A stretch of DNA of 64,000 bases from an uncultured delta proteobacterium (GTDB lineage Bacteria > Desulfobacterota > Binatia > UBA9968): assembly GCA_963847445.1 (NCBI GenBank), contig CAWJZV010000004.1, positions 160,001-224,000 on the forward strand, read 5' to 3'. Of the stretch, positions 1-13,765 are shown in pieces. Position numbers and translations under genes: made by a program. Under the pieces are notes generated by a model that had not been told where the DNA came from, ran no database searches, and saw only the letters and a program-made list of their open reading frames with translations. Every line of letters starts with the position of its first letter. The first letter of the stretch is position 1.

Positions 1-3000
1 TAATCGACATGGCCGCTGTCGCGCGGCGCGATGAAGTCGGCCAACGCCAACTGCGGCTTGCCGCGCTGGTTGTCTTTTTGCTGGCGCAGCGTGTGCAAGC
101 GTGTAAGTTCTTTGGTTCGTGTGACATCCGAATAAAGCACGATATCGTCGCCGTCGCTGTTGGCCGGATAAAAGCCGTAGACCCCATGGGCGGTGAACAA
201 TTTTTCATCGACGATCTTTGTTCAACAGCTCCTGGGCGTTGGCGAACAGCTCCCGCGCCGCCGGACCGCGGGCCGGATCATTGAGCAGATCCGGATAGCG
301 GCCGCGCATTTCCCAGGTGTGAAAAAACGGCGACCAGTCGATGAACGGCACCAGTTCGGCCAGCGGGAAATCCTTGAGCACGCGGCGGCCGGTGAATTCG
401 GGCACGGCGATATGGTGGTCGTCCCACTCGGTGTGGAGTTTGTGGCGCAGCGCTTCTTCGTAGGTGAGCAATTGCGTGCCGGCGCGGTTTTCGAACTGCT
501 CGCGCATTTCCGCCTGCTCCTTGCGGTTCTGCGCGTCGAGCGCCTGGCGCGTCTCGGGCTTCATCAACGCGCCCACCACCGGCACGGCGCGCGAGGCGTC
601 GATCACGTGAATGGTTTCATGCTTGTACGACGGCGCGATCTTCACCGCCGTGTGGCGCTTGCTCGTGGTCGCGCCGCCGATGAGCAACGGAATATTCAGA
701 CCGCGCCGGGTCATCTCGCTGGCGACATGGGTCATTTCATCCAACGACGGCGTGATCAAGCCGCTCAGACCGATGATGTCGGCCTTCTCCTCGATCGCGG
801 TGTCGATGATTTTTTCCGCCGGCACCATGACGCCGAGATCGACGACATCGTAGTTGTTGCAGCTCAGCACGACGCCGACGATGTTCTTGCCGATGTCGTG
901 AACATCGCCTTTGACCGTGGCGAACACCAGCTTGGTGCGCTTGGAGGTATCCTGGGCTCGCAGCTTTTCCGCTTCCAGGTAAGGCGTCAAATAGGCTACG
1001 GCTTTTTTCATCACCCGCGCGCTCTTGACCACCTGGGGCAAGAACATTTTGCCGGAGCCGAACAGATCGCCGACCACGTTCATGCCGTCCATCAGCGGTC
1101 CTTCGATGACATGGAGCGGCTTGCCGTACTTTTGCCGGGCTTCTTCGACATCTTGATCGATGAAATCCGTCAGTCCCTTGACCAGCGCGTGGGACAAGCG
1201 CTCTTCCACCGTGCCGTCGCGCCAGGAGTCGTCTTTGACCGCGACCTTGCCCTTTTCTTTAACCGTATCGGCGAACGTGACCAAACGTTCGGTGCTGTCA
1301 GCGCGCCGGTTGAGCAGGACATCTTCGACCAGTTCGAGCAGGTCGGCGGGAATCTCTTCGTAGACGCTGAGCATGCCGGGATTGACGATGCCCATGTCCA
1401 TGCCGGCCTTGATCGCGTGATAGAGAAACGCCGAGTGCATCGCCTCGCGCACCGGATTGTTGCCGCGAAACGAAAACGAAATGTTGCTCACACCGCCGGA
1501 GACCTTCGCCAGCGGCAAATTCTCTTTGATCCAGCGCGTCGCCTCGATGAAATTGACGGCGTAATTGTTGTGCTCCTCCATGCCGGTGGCGACGGTGAGA
1601 ATATTCGGATCGAAAATAATGTCCTGGGGCGGGAATCCGACTTGCTCGGTGAGAATCTTGTAGGTGCGCGCGCACACTTCGATCTTGCGTTCGTAGGTGT
1701 CCGCCTGGCCGCGCTCGTCGAAGGCCATGACGATGACCGCCGCGCCGTAGCGGCGGATTAACTTCGCCTGGGCGATGAATTTCTCTTCGCCTTCTTTCAA
1801 GGCTGATCGAATTGACGATGCCTTTGCCTTGCAGGCAACGCAGCCCGGCTTCGATGACTTCCCACTTGGAGCTATCGACCATCACCGGCACTCGGGCGAT
1901 GTCGGACTCGCCGGCGATCAGCCGCAAAAATTTCTCCATCGCCGCTTTCGAATCGAGCATGCCCTCGTCCATGTTGACATCGATAATCTGCGCGCCGCCT
2001 TCGACCTGCTGGCGCGCCACGCTCACCGCTTTTTCGAAATCGCCGGCGAGCACCAGCTTGGCGAACACCGGCGAGCCGGTGACGTTGGTGCGTTCGCCGA
2101 TGTTGACGAAGTTCGACTCGGGCCGCACGGTCAAGCTTTCGAGGCCGCTCAAGCGCAGAATACGGTTCGACTTGCGGCAACGCCCGCGGCGCCAAGCCCG
2201 TTAACCGCTTCGGCGATCTTGCGAATATGCGCCGGCGTCGTGCCGCAACAGCCGCCGACGATGTTGAGCCAGCCGTTGTCGGCCCACTCGCGCAATTGCG
2301 GCGCCAGCGACTCGGGAGTTTCGGGAAAACCGGTGGGCAACAGCGGATCGGGCAACCCGGCATTGGGATAGGTGCTGATATAGATCGGCGCGATCTGCGC
2401 CAGCTCTTCGATCAGCGGGCGCATTTCCTTCGGGCCCGAGCGCGCAGTTCATGCCGACGCTGAGCAGCGGCACATGGGAAATTGAATTCCAAAATCCTTC
2501 GACGGTCTGGCCGGTGACGCCGCGGTTGCTGCCGGGTTGGATGAAGGTCACCGACGCCATCAACGGTAAAGAAATCTGTCGATCGTCGAAAAGCTTGGCG
2601 ATGGCGAAGAAGGCCGCTTTGGAATTCAGCGTATCGAAAATGGTTTCGACCAGCAGAATATCGGCGCCGCCGTCGACCAAACCGCGCGCTTGCTCGTAAT
2701 AGGCGTCCACCAGTTCTTCAAAGGTCACACCGCGGGTCGACGCGCTGTTGACGTCCGTCGAGATCGAACAGGTGCGATTGGTCGGCCCCATGGCGCCGGC
2801 GACGAAACAACGACGCTCCGGATATTTCGCCATGACCCGCTCGGCGGCTTTTTTCGCCGCTTGCGCGCCGGCGACGTTGATTTCGTAGACCACGGACTCC
2901 AACTGGTAGTCCATCATCGAGATCGAAGTCGAATTGAAAGTGTTGGTCTCGACGATATCGGCGCCGGCTTCGAGGTACTCGGCGTGGATGTCGGCGATCA

Positions 3001-3187
3001 AGTCCGCTTGGGTCAAACACAGAAGATCGTTGCACCCCTTGAGATCTTTGCGATGTTCGGCAAAGCGCTCACCACGAAAGGCCTTCTCGTCAAGTTTACG
3101 CGCCTGAATCATGGTTCCCATGGCGCCGTCGAGAATGACGATTCTTTCGGATAACAGTTGACGTAACACTTTCTCGGTTGCATTCAT
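1..3187 (-). CDS. metH: Cobalamin-dependent methionine synthase (3' end runs off the window; split by several indels)
   Basis: Fragments 2201-3190, 2149-2424, 1298-2152 and 205-1800 give [36 protein letters not shown] and the B12 motif [11 protein letters not shown]...SGLITPSL. Confidence 0.95.
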
Positions 3188-4175
3188 CAATTGATTTTCC
3201 TGTTTCGACTAGAAGCAGTTTTGCTTGGCAGGACCGCCCTGGCCACGAAAATCTCCACCGGCCGGTTGCCGTTGCGGGCGATTTTCTCGCCGGCAAAAGA
3301 ACCGGTCAGATCGTAATCCAGCGACGGCGCCCCGGCGGCGCGAAACCAACCCTCAATGGAACCGCGATCGAAGCCGAGCCACTGGTGCGCCATTTGCTCG
3401 CGCATCCAATCCTGTTTGTGTTCGACCAAATCGACGAGAATCACCGAGCCGCCGGGCCGGACGACGCGGCATAGACCGGCAATCGCCCGCGCCGGATCGG
3501 GCAGAAAATGCAGCACCATCACGCAGAACGCAGCATCGAGACTGTGCGACTCTAACGGCAGCTTGAGCACGTCGCCCTGGCGAAACTCGACGTTGGCCAA
3601 CTCGCGTTCTTTGGCGATGGCGCGCGCGCGCCGCAGCATTTCGCCGGAGAGATCGACACCGATGACTTTGCGCGCGAAACGGGCCAGCTCGAAGGTCAAG
3701 CTGCCGGTGCCGCAACCGATATCGGCCAACGTAAGGTTGCGCGGCAGCAGTTTCTCGATCGCCAGCGAGGTTACGCGGTCGTCGAAGTAACTCTGCGAAT
3801 GCGCTCCCAGTCGCCGGCCACCGATTCGAAATAATTTTGCGAACGGTGCAGGCGGCGGCGGCGGCATTCTTCCAAGCGCGCCCGATCTTTTTTGACCTCG
3901 GGGATTTCACCGAGCTTGGTTTGGAGAGACTTGAACAGTTCGCGCGCCGGCTCCGGCATGTCGGCGCGGACCGAGAAGTAAACACTGGTGCCTTCCTTGC
4001 GATCCCGCACGAAGCCCGCTTCGCGCAGCATCGCCAAGTTGCGCGACACCGACGACTGCATCGATGCTACTACCTCTTGCACCTCGCCGACGGTCAACTC
4101 TTCCTCGGCAACCGCCGCGAGCACGCGCAAGCGCAAGGGATCGGCCAAGGTTTTGAGTGTGCGTACGAAATCCAT
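3187..4175 (-). CDS. ArsR-family HTH fused to class I SAM-binding/methyltransferase domain (SahR-like methionine-cycle regulator); one indel
   Basis: N-term LADPLRLRVL...QSSVSRNLAMLREAGFV (ArsR) continues after a frameshift near 3790 into LADIGCGTG...VIGVDLS; stop overlaps the metH start. Confidence 0.85.
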
Positions 4176-4196
4176 AGGCTCAGTGCAACATCTATC

Positions 4197-4225
4197 ATTA
4201 TATGCGAATATTGTGATGATGACAA
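4197..4225 (-). promoter_or_regulatory. Sigma70-type promoter of sahR-metH with possible operator in the spacer
   Basis: Minus strand TTGTCA-N17-TATAAT, ending 22 nt before the ATG; spacer and -10 contain ATCA...ATAT half-sites. Confidence 0.6.
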
Positions 4226-4416
4226 CAACGCGTCCGGATCGGCGCTGGAGCCGAGGACAGGTCATCGATGGGCGTCGTGTCGCGGATCCATTAACCCGAT
4301 CAGTCCGCGCCAAATTCCTACCGCGACAACGGGCATTATCTTATACTTTCTCCGGGGCAGGTAGAAAAAACGCACAACGCGAGCGCGCAAAAGGGCGGTC
4401 GCGCCAAGGCAAGCAA

Positions 4417-5055
4417 TTACGACGGCGTGTAGGCGAGTTGGGTAGCGACCATGAAGTGAAACGGCGTGAGCAGGCGGTCGTGACGGCGCGGCTGCGCGGC
4501 GGTCAGCAGCAGCGCCGTCGAAGAGTTCGATCACTTGATGAATCGCTTCGATGGTGGAGTAGCACTCCGGCCGCGGTTCGCGGCGAAAGCCATAGGCCGA
4601 TGGCGTTGGCGGTGCGAAACAGATCGTCGGCAGTTGCCGCAGATTGTCACTCAGGCGCATCATCTTGCGCACGCTCTTCCAAGTCCCGTCCAAAACGAAT
4701 ACCACCAGCGCGCGCGAGGCCGCGGCCAGCTGCTCGGCGCTCGGTCACCGTCAGCTTCGACAGATTGACCGCCTGGCGGCTCGGGAAAAGCAGCATGGGC
4801 GCGTTGCCGGGATCGGCGATCTCGCGATTGACCTGAGGATGTTGGGAGAAATCCACACCCTCGAACCAGAGCGAATTGGCCGAGCCCGAGATGCGCCATC
4901 CGGCCGGTGCCAAGCCGGTGCTTGGCCTCGCGCGGCTGGCTGAGAATCACAAAGCGCGGCACCGAGTCGAACGGTTCGATGAGCGCACAGTAGCAGCCCA
5001 CGCCGGGCCGCCGGCAACGCGCGCACCAGGCACGGAACTGCGCCGCATCGGTCAA
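4417..5055 (-). CDS. DTW-domain protein (tRNA-uridine aminocarboxypropyltransferase-like), frameshifted
   Basis: CARCRRP..CYC, P.EAKH.LGTG, LLFPS, VLDGTW, STIEA motifs spread over three frames. Confidence 0.85.
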
Positions 5056-5101
5056 TCCGATTCAGTTCTATGCTCGAGCTGTCTGAGCCGCAATTGTTTA
5101 T

Positions 5102-5687
5102 TCAATCCTCTGGGCGAAAATGCGCGGCGCGAAACGCCGCCGCCCCGCCATCGGCAAATTTCCCTTCGCGATAGAACAATACGCGAAAGTCGCCAAAGCA
5201 TTCGAGCAACTCGTTATGTCGTAACAGGTAGTCGGGATTCTTCGGATGCCCGACCGCGGCTTGGTCGATGAGATAGGTCTCGAAGATCACATGACCGCCG
5301 GGCTTCACCGCCTGCCGCATTGGCCGGAATAGCGAGCGCTGAAGATAGTTGAAGTTGATAATCAGATCGAAATCGCCAGCAGCAGGCGCGAGCTCGCTCG
5401 CTTCCAAGTCGCAGAGATGCCAGTCGATGAGCAGATCTTGCTGCCGCGCCCGCTGCCGGCCTTCCGCTAAAGCGACGGCGGAAATATCCAGCGCCGTCAC
5501 GGCGAAGCCGCGCTGCGCTAGATAGATCGCGTTACGTCCCTTGCCGCAGGCGATGTCCAACGCCGTCCCGCCAAGCGCCAGGCCAAGCGTCGCTTTCAAG
5601 AATCTCGCGGAGAAAAGCCGATGGCTGTTCAGTACCCAGTGACTTCAGATGCTGGTGGTCCCAGCGCATGCGGTCGTCGGTGGACAT
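5102..5687 (-). CDS. Class I SAM-dependent methyltransferase (TehB-like), frameshifted
   Basis: MSTDDRMRWD start; ALDIACGKGRNAIYLA; NYLQRSLF...KPGG. Confidence 0.8.
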
Positions 5688-5704
5688 AACTGTTCAGCTC
5701 GAAA

Positions 5705-6468
5705 CTAGTACACCGCTCGCGCCAGAGTCAGGACATACACTTCTTTGGCGCCGCCTTGTTTCAACGTGCGGCTGCATTCGTTGACGGTCGCTCCCGAGGT
5801 GTAAACATCGTCAATCAGCAAGATGCGCTTGTCTTTGACCGGTCGCTCGGCGTTGAGCGCGAACGCGCCGCGCACGTTGCGCCGCCGCTCTTCCTCCGGC
5901 AGCTGAGTCTGCGCCGCGGTTTCACGGCGGCGCGTGCAATAGGAACAGGTCCAACTGAATATTGTAAGCGCGGCCGACCTCGCGGCCCAAGAGCACCGAT
6001 TGATTGAAGCCGCGCCAGCGCAGTCTTTTCGGATAGAGCGGCACCGGCACGATCACGTCGGCGTTCACCGCCGCGAGAAATTCTCGGCAGCCGTGCGCCA
6101 TCAATCGGCCCAGCGGTTTGCCGAGCGAGACCTTGCGGCTGTATTTGAACTTTTGCACGACTTGGCGCAGCGGATGCTCCTCTTCGCGCGGGTAGCAAGC
6201 CCAGGCGCGCGCCGCGACGAACTGCGGCGGCCGTTCTAAACAGACGCCGCAAGCATGATCGTCGCCGCTGCCGTCGGGATAGGGCCGGCCGCAAATATTG
6301 CACAGCGGATGGCCGACCAGCTGAATATGCTGCTCGGCAGAGCGAACAGAAATACTCCGCATCGCGGCCGACGATTCTGCCGCGGCAGGCCCGGCAGCGC
6401 GGCGGATAAAGCCAATCGAGCAGCCAATCGACGCGCTCCGGCAATCTTGCAATAGCGGAAAGCTCCAT
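5705..6468 (-). CDS. comF: ComF-family phosphoribosyltransferase-like protein with N-terminal zinc ribbon, frameshifted
   Basis: [13 protein letters not shown]...CGVC, VPVPL...[18 protein letters not shown]. Confidence 0.85.
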
Positions 6469-6524
6469 GGCGAAAGTGAGCTTAGCAAACCGGAGCGGCA
6501 AGTAGCAAAGCTGAAATGAAAGGC

Positions 6525-8072
6525 CTAAGACTCGACGATTAGAGAATGACCGGTCATCTCCGCCGGCTGCGGCAAACCCAGCAGTTGCATCACCGTCGGC
6601 GCGACATCGATGGCGGTGCCTGGATTGAGCCGGCAGCGGCGATGCGCTTCGTCGATCAGAATCACCGGCACCAGATTGATCGTGTGCGCCGTGTGCGGCA
6701 TGCCGGTGTCGTAGTCGATCAGCTGCTCGATGTTGCCATGATCGGCGGTGATGATGATTTTGCCCTGCTTCGCCAAGCGTCGCGTCCACCACTTTGCCCA
6801 GACACTCGTCGATGACTTCCACCGCTTTGACCGAGGCTTCGAAGTTTCCCGTATGGCCGACCATGTCGGCGTTGGCGTAGTTGGCGATCACCAGCCCGAC
6901 ATCGGTTTCGCGCAAGTGTTTCACCAGCGCCTCGGTCACCGGCCGCGCGCTCATCTCCGGCTTCAAATCGTAGGTCGCCACGTCTTTCGGCGAAGGAATG
7001 AGAATCCGCTCTTCGCCGGGGAATTTGCTTTCCTCGCCGCCGTTGAAGAAGTACGTCACATGGGCGTACTTTTCCGTCTCGGCGATGCGCAACTGCTTGA
7101 CCCCCGCCTGGCTGGCGACTTCACCCAAGATCTTTCTAATCTCGCGCGGCTGGTAAGCCACCGGATGCTTAAAGGTTTCGTCATACTGGGTCATGGTCGT
7201 GTAGCTCGCCAGATCGATGCGCCGCGGGCGCGGAAAGTCGGTGAACTCCGGCATCGGTCAAGGCGCGCGTCAGCTCGCGCGCCCGGTCGGCGCGGAAGTT
7301 GAAAAAAATCACGCCGTCGCCGTCGCGGATCAGTCCATCCGGCACAACGCCGTCGATGGTCGTCGGCAGGAGAAATTCATCGGTGATCTTAGCCTGATAG
7401 CTCGCGCGAATCGCCTCGAGCGCGGATGGCGCGCGGTTGCCGATGCCTTCGGTCAGACAAACATAGGCTTTCTCGACGCGCTCCCAGCGCTTGTCGCGGT
7501 CCATGGCGTAATAGCGCCCGCTCACCGTGGCAATTTTGACGTTGGGGAAGTTTTTCAGTTTCTCGTTCAAGTCGAGCATGAACTGCTCGGCGCTGTTGGG
7601 CGGGGTATCGCGGCCATCGAGAAACAGGTGCAGATAGACCTGAGCCGAGCCGTTCGCGCTTGGCCATCTCGAGGATCGCTTCCATGTGGCGCTGGTGGCT
7701 ATGCACGCCGCCGTCGCCCAATAGCCCCATCAAATGCAGCCGGTCGCTCTTCGCCTTGGTCTTACGCAGCGCGTCGAGCAGCACGCGATTGCGATAGAAA
7801 CTCGCCTTCGTCGATGTCTTTGTGGATCAAGGTCAAATCCTGGTAAACAACGCGCCCCGCACCGAGAATCATATGGCCCACTTCCGAGTTGCCCATCTGA
7901 CCTGCCGGCAGGCCGACATCGACACCGGACATGGACAGACGCGAGTTGGGATAGTCGCGCAGCAAGGCATCGAGATTGGGCGTGGTCGCGTTGGCGATGG
8001 CGTTGAAGTCTTTGCGCGGATTGATGCCGAAGCCGTCGAGAATGACCAAAACCACCGGCTGGATTGGCTCAC
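6525..8072 (-). CDS. gpmI: 2,3-bisphosphoglycerate-independent phosphoglycerate mutase, frameshifted
   Basis: [73 protein letters not shown]. Confidence 0.95.
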
Positions 8073-8163
8073 GAGAGATTCCTTTCGAGTCGACGGCGAA
8101 CCGAAGAGCGAGTAAAATTTGTTCGGTTTTTGCGTCGAACATGTTGCGTTCAATTTGTTTTTG

Positions 8164-8242
8164 CACCACGAAGAGCACGAAAGACGCGAAGGGTTCGGAA
8201 ATGAATACTCCGAACTTCGTGATCTTCGTGTCCTTCGTGGTG
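8164..8242. repeat. Nonamer-built palindrome CACCACGAAG...CTTCGTGGTG (REP-like family A)
   Basis: CACGAAG units mirrored by CTTCGTG units; related copies at 26252-26354 and 36995-37320. Confidence 0.85.
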
Positions 8243-8291
8243 AAGCATCTTCACAGTAAACCCAGTAGAACCGTTTTAATAGTCAGCCAGG

Positions 8292-8705
8292 CTAGTTGGA
8301 CAGTTGCGCGTCGCTGGCGCGCTGTTGCGCGATCAGTTTGGCGTAGCTGGCCGGCAGCTTCGCCTGCGGCGCGTGGCTCCATAAGCCGTCGAGATCGTAG
8401 AACTGGCGCATCGGCTCGTAGAAGATGTGGACAATCACATCGGAAAAATCCATCAACACCCAATGGCCGCGCTGCGTGCCTTCGACGGCATACGGCCGCA
8501 CGCCGGCGCTCGCCGCCTCTTGTTGCAAACCTTGGGCGATGCTCTGCACCTGGCGGTCGGAGCGACCCGAGCAAAGGATGAAGTATTCGGCGATCGAAGT
8601 GTGCGCATGGACGTCGAGCACGACCAGGTCGCCAGCTTTCTTATCCAGCGCCGCCCGCGTCAGCAACAGCGCTTTGTCCCAGGCACTCAAAGCTTTGACT
8701 TTCAC
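8292..8705 (-). CDS. rsfS: Ribosome silencing factor RsfS (Iojap)
   Basis: ALDKKAGDLVVLDV, YFILCSGRSDRQVQSIA, WVLMDFSDVIVHIF...RQFYDLDGLW; GTG overlaps the nadD stop. Confidence 0.92.
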   Translation of the reverse strand: MKVKALSAWDKALLLTRAALDKKAGDLVVLDVHAHTSIAEYFILCSGRSDRQVQSIAQGLQQEAASAGVRPYAVEGTQRGHWVLMDFSDVIVHIFYEPMRQFYDLDGLWSHAPQAKLPASYAKLIAQQRASDAQLSN

Positions 8706-9365
8706 GAACTCTCCCTGCGGTCGCCGTATAGCCGGCGCCGTTTGATATAGTTCTTCACCGCTGACGGGTAACAAATAACGTATGGACTTTCCTTTGCGCA
8801 CGAGCGCGCGAATTTCTGAAGCTGAGATGGCGATATCGGTGAGCTCGATAAAATGCACTCGGGTGCCGCTCTGATGACGGTAGTTGCGTCTTTTAGAATC
8901 ATAACAAAACAGTTTTCTCACGGCAACGCCGGCGCCCTTGAGCGGATCGTTCTCCTTGCTGCCCGGTCGCGACGTGACGATGAAGTTGCACAAAGGAAAA
9001 ATCTCTTTGAAATCCTTCCAAGTACCGATCTCGATGAATGCGTCCAAGCCGATGATGAAGTAAAGCGAATCGCGCTTGGTGAGCTGGCCGGCAAATTCAC
9101 GAATCGTGTCGACGGAATAGGACAATCCGGGGCGGTCTAACTCCACCGTCGACACCGCGAAGCGCGGATTGCGCGCCACCGCCAGGCGGACCATGCGCAG
9201 GCGGTCCTGGGCCGGCGTCGTGGTCTTGCCGCGTTTGTGCGGCGGTATCGAGGCGGGGATGAAGTAAACTCGGTCGAGACCATAGGTCTCGCTCACCTCT
9301 TCCGCGCTGCGCAGATGGCCCCAATGGATCGGATCGAAGGTGCCGCCGAACAGGCCGACTTTCAT
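8702..9365 (-). CDS. nadD: Nicotinate-nucleotide adenylyltransferase (indel near 3' end)
   Basis: GLFGGTFDPIHWGH, IPPHK, IIGLDAF, ISASEIR; true C-term AVKNYIKRRRLYG in ORF 8702-8902. Confidence 0.95.
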
Positions 9366-9466
9366 TAGAAGAGGCGACAACCTTTCGGGGTCTGACGAAG
9401 ATGGTCACTCACACGACCGATATCAGCCAGGACGAAGCTAAAATCGTTTCGCTCCGCGGGGCCGCT

Positions 9467-9520
9467 TTCGCGTTTCGGGTTTCGCGTAACTCGAAACTCG
9501 GAACTCGGAACTCGAAACTC
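9467..9520. repeat. Heptamer tandem/inverted repeat (AACTCGG/AACTCGA)n
   Basis: ttcgcgtttcgggtttcgcg...aactcgaaactcggaactcggaactcgaaactc between proA and nadD. Confidence 0.75.
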
Positions 9521-9554
9521 CGTGGCGGCGGGTGGTTTTCCTGGCGGGGCGATT

Positions 9555-10822
9555 TCATTCGCGAATCTGCCCATCGCCAAAGACGATAAACTTGGTCGTC
9601 GTCAGCTCTTCCAGCCCCATGGGTCCGAAGGCGTGAATCTTGCTCGTGCTGATGCCGATCTCCGCGCCAAGGCCCAATTCGCCGCCATCGTTGAAACGCG
9701 TCGACGCATTGACCATCACGGCGGAGGAGTTTACTCGATCGATGAACTCGCGGGATTTTTGATAGTTGTTGGTAATAATGCTCTCGGTATGTTCCGAGCC
9801 GTACCGTTCGATATGATCGATCGCCTCGTCCATATCTTTGACTACGCGCACCGAAACGATCAATTCGAGATACTCGGTGACCCAGTCTGTCTGCGGTGGC
9901 TTGCTTGATGCCCGGCACCAGCGCGCGGGTCTTGTCGCAGCCGCGCACCTCGACCTTGGCCGCTCGATACTTCTCGATCATCGCCGGCAAGAATTGCGCC
10001 GCGACTGCTTCGTGAACCAACAGAGTCTCCATGGCGTTGCACACCGACGGCCGCTGCACCTTGGCGTTGAAACAGATCCGCTCGGCCATCTGCCAACGAC
10101 GCATCGCTGTCGACGTAGACATGGCAGATGCCTTTGTAGTGTTTGATCACCGGGATCTTCGAATTGGCCACCACGGCGCGGATCAGATCCTCGCCGCCGC
10201 GCGGAATAATCAGATCGATATACTCTTCCAATTGCAGCAGCTCGTTGACCAGTGCGTGATCTTTAACCTGGACGACTTGAACCGCGTCCGGCGGCACGCG
10301 CGTCTCGGCGCAGGCTTCGCGCAGCACCGCGCCGATCGCTTGATTGGAATGATGCGCTTCACTGCCGCCGCGCAGAATCACCGCGTTGCCGGACTTGAGA
10401 CAGAGCGCCGCGGCATCGGCGGTGACGTTGGGGCGGGCTTCGTAGATCATGCCGATGACGCCCAGCGGTATGCGCATGCGCCCCACTTGCAAGCCGTTGG
10501 GCCGGCGCCACATCTTGACCACTTCGCGCACCGGGTCGGGCAGCGCCGCGACATCGCGCAGCCCCTGCGCCATCGCCCGCACCCGGCCCGGGTCGAGCGC
10601 GATGCGGTCGAGCATGGCGCTCGCCACGCCCTTCGCCTTGGCGAATTCGAGATCTTTCTGGTTCTCTGCGATCAAGAAGTCGCTCCGGGCTTCAAGCTTC
10701 TCGGCCATCAGCAACAAGGCGCGATTCTTCTCTGCCGAAGACAATGGCGCCAACTGGCGCGCGGCGATTTTGGCTTGTTGGGCCAAGCGAAGAGCTTGTT
10801 GTTTTAGCGCTGTGTCCGGCAT
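9555..10822 (-). CDS. proA: Gamma-glutamyl phosphate reductase, frameshifted
   Basis: [67 protein letters not shown]. Confidence 0.95.
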
Positions 10823-10829
10823 GGCAGTT

Positions 10830-11962
<1,133 letters not shown>

Positions 11963-11966
<4 letters not shown>

Positions 11967-12988
11967 TGTCGGTCTGCGTCCTGTTGCCTCACTTCGTCGA
12001 GTTTGCGGCCGATGGCATAGACCAGCGCCTGCACGCCCTCGGTGGTCGCCGCCGAGATCACATGCAACGGGCGATAGGCTTTGGGCAATTTCTTGCCGAG
12101 TAACTTGGCCAACTCCCGGCCCTCGGGCAAATCGATTTTGTTGGCGACGACGATTTGCGGCTTGTCGATCAATTCCGGATCGAAAAGCTCCATCTCGCGG
12201 TTGATCGCCCGCCATTCGGCTAACGGATCTTTCTCGTCGAGCTGCGAGGCGTCGAGCACATGAACCAGCACCCGCGTGCGCAGGATATGACGAAGAAACT
12301 TATCGCCCAGGCCATGGCCCTGGTGCGCCCCTTCGATGAGGCCGGGAATATCCGCCGCGACAAAACTCTTGCCTGCGCCGTAACTGACCACACCCAGATT
12401 GGGTACCAGTGTAGTGAACGGATAGTCGGCGATCTTCGGCCGCACCGCCGAGATCACCGAGATCAGCGTCGACTTGCCGGCATTGGGCAGGCCGATGATG
12501 CCGACATCGGCGAGCAAGCGAAGCTCGACCTCCAGGTCGCGCTCGACACCCGGTTCGCCCGGTTGACAGAAACGCGGACTGCGATTGGTCGATGATGCGA
12601 AGTGCGCGTTACCCTTGCCGCCGCGCCCGCCGGCGGCGATCACCGCCCGCTCACCTGGAGTTTTCAAGTCCGCCAGCAGCTCGCCGCTGACGACATCGCG
12701 GATCAACGTCCCCACCGGAACTTTGATAATGCAATCGTCGCCGCGCCGGCCGTCGCAGTCGGCGTCGCCGCCGCGCTTGCCGGGATTCGCTTTCCATTCT
12801 TTCCGATAGCGTAAGTCGAGCAATGTCGACAGCTGCGGGTCCGCAATGGCGACCACGTCGCCGCCATGACCGCCGTTACCGCCATCTGCCGGGCCTCGAC
12901 GGACAAACTTAGCCCGGTAAAAACTCACGGCCCCCGGCCCGCCGTCACCGGCGATCGCGCGGATCTTAGTCTCATCGATAAATTTCAT
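11963..12988 (-). CDS. obgE: GTPase Obg/CgtA
   Basis: MKFIDE, Gly-rich Obg fold, GLPNAGKSTL, DYPFTTLVPNLG, DIPGLIEGA, NKID. Confidence 0.97.
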
Positions 12989-13127
12989 AACAAGCGGACT
13001 TCAGTAAACAGTTATCACTCGTCAGTATGATCAGAGCATGACCGAAAAAACCTCGATCCGCCAGCTAAGCCCGGACAACTACTAACTGATAGCTGGCAGC
13101 CTTTCCCATCTTCGCCATCTTCCAGAC

Positions 13128-13158
13128 AAAAAAAAAGCCCCGAAAGGGGGCTTCTTTC
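13128..13158 (-). terminator. Rho-independent terminator after rplU-rpmA
   Basis: Minus strand GAAGCCCCC-TTTC-GGGGC followed by a T-run of about 9 nt. Confidence 0.85.
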
Positions 13159-13178
13159 ATAGGAGTCCAATGAGAAAA

Positions 13179-13436
13179 TTACTGAGCCGGGACAACTTCG
13201 ACTTTCTTGCGGGTCTTATCGTAGCGGCCATATTTGACCACGCCGTCGACGAGCGAGAAGAGAGTATAGTCGCGCCCCATGCCGACGTTGGTGCCGGGAT
13301 GAATCTTGGTGCCCAACTGGCGCACTAGAATATTGCCCGCGCGCACAGTCTGGCCGCCGTACACTTTGACGCCCCGTCGCTGCCCATTACTATCGCGCCC
13401 GTTGCGCGAACTGCCGCCTGCTTTTTTATGTGCCAT
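13179..13436 (-). CDS. rpmA: 50S ribosomal protein L27
   Basis: [16 protein letters not shown]...[21 protein letters not shown]. Confidence 0.98.
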   Translation of the reverse strand: MAHKKAGGSSRNGRDSNGQRRGVKVYGGQTVRAGNILVRQLGTKIHPGTNVGMGRDYTLFSLVDGVVKYGRYDKTRKKVEVVPAQ

Positions 13437-13449
13437 ATCTGCTCCCGAG

Positions 13450-13765
13450 CTATGCTTCGATGGAGGTGATTTTTAGCGCCGTCTGATACTGCCGATGACC
13501 CTGCTGCCGGCTGTAGCCTTTGCGCCGTTTCTTTTTGAAAACGATGATCTTCTTGGCGCGCCCCTGTTCGACGATTTCGCCGGTGACCGTGGCGTTGGCC
13601 ACCAAGGGAGTGCCGATTTTTACGTCATCGTCATTGCCGACAAACAAGACATCCGCCAGGGTGATTTTCTCGCCCACTTCGAGCGTCGAGCTTCTCGATC
13701 TTGACGACATCGCCTTCAGAGACGCGGTATTGCTTACCGCCGGTTCTAATTACTGCATATTTCAT
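13450..13765 (-). CDS. rplU: 50S ribosomal protein L21 (one indel)
   Basis: [15 protein letters not shown] start at 13765; [21 protein letters not shown]. Confidence 0.97.

Noticed and set aside
193-1761. Long antisense ORFs (also 17020-17823, 18530-19483, 23983-24969 and others)
   Set aside because: Shadow ORFs opposite well-supported genes in GC-rich DNA; no motifs.
4176-4416. SAM or cobalamin riboswitch upstream of the met operon
   Set aside because: The promoter lies about 20 nt from the start codon, leaving no room, and no consensus elements are visible.
5815-7254. Apparent GpmI-ComF fusion
   Set aside because: Frameshift read-through; both proteins have their proper termini in other frames.
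8292-9380. Apparent NadD-RsfS fusion (362 aa)
   Set aside because: The NadD C-terminus and stop are present in another frame (8702-8902); one indel joins the genes.
12880-12930. Divergent Obg N-terminal motif (FYRAKFVRRGPADGG)
   Set aside because: All GTPase motifs are intact; likely lineage-level variation and not testable here.
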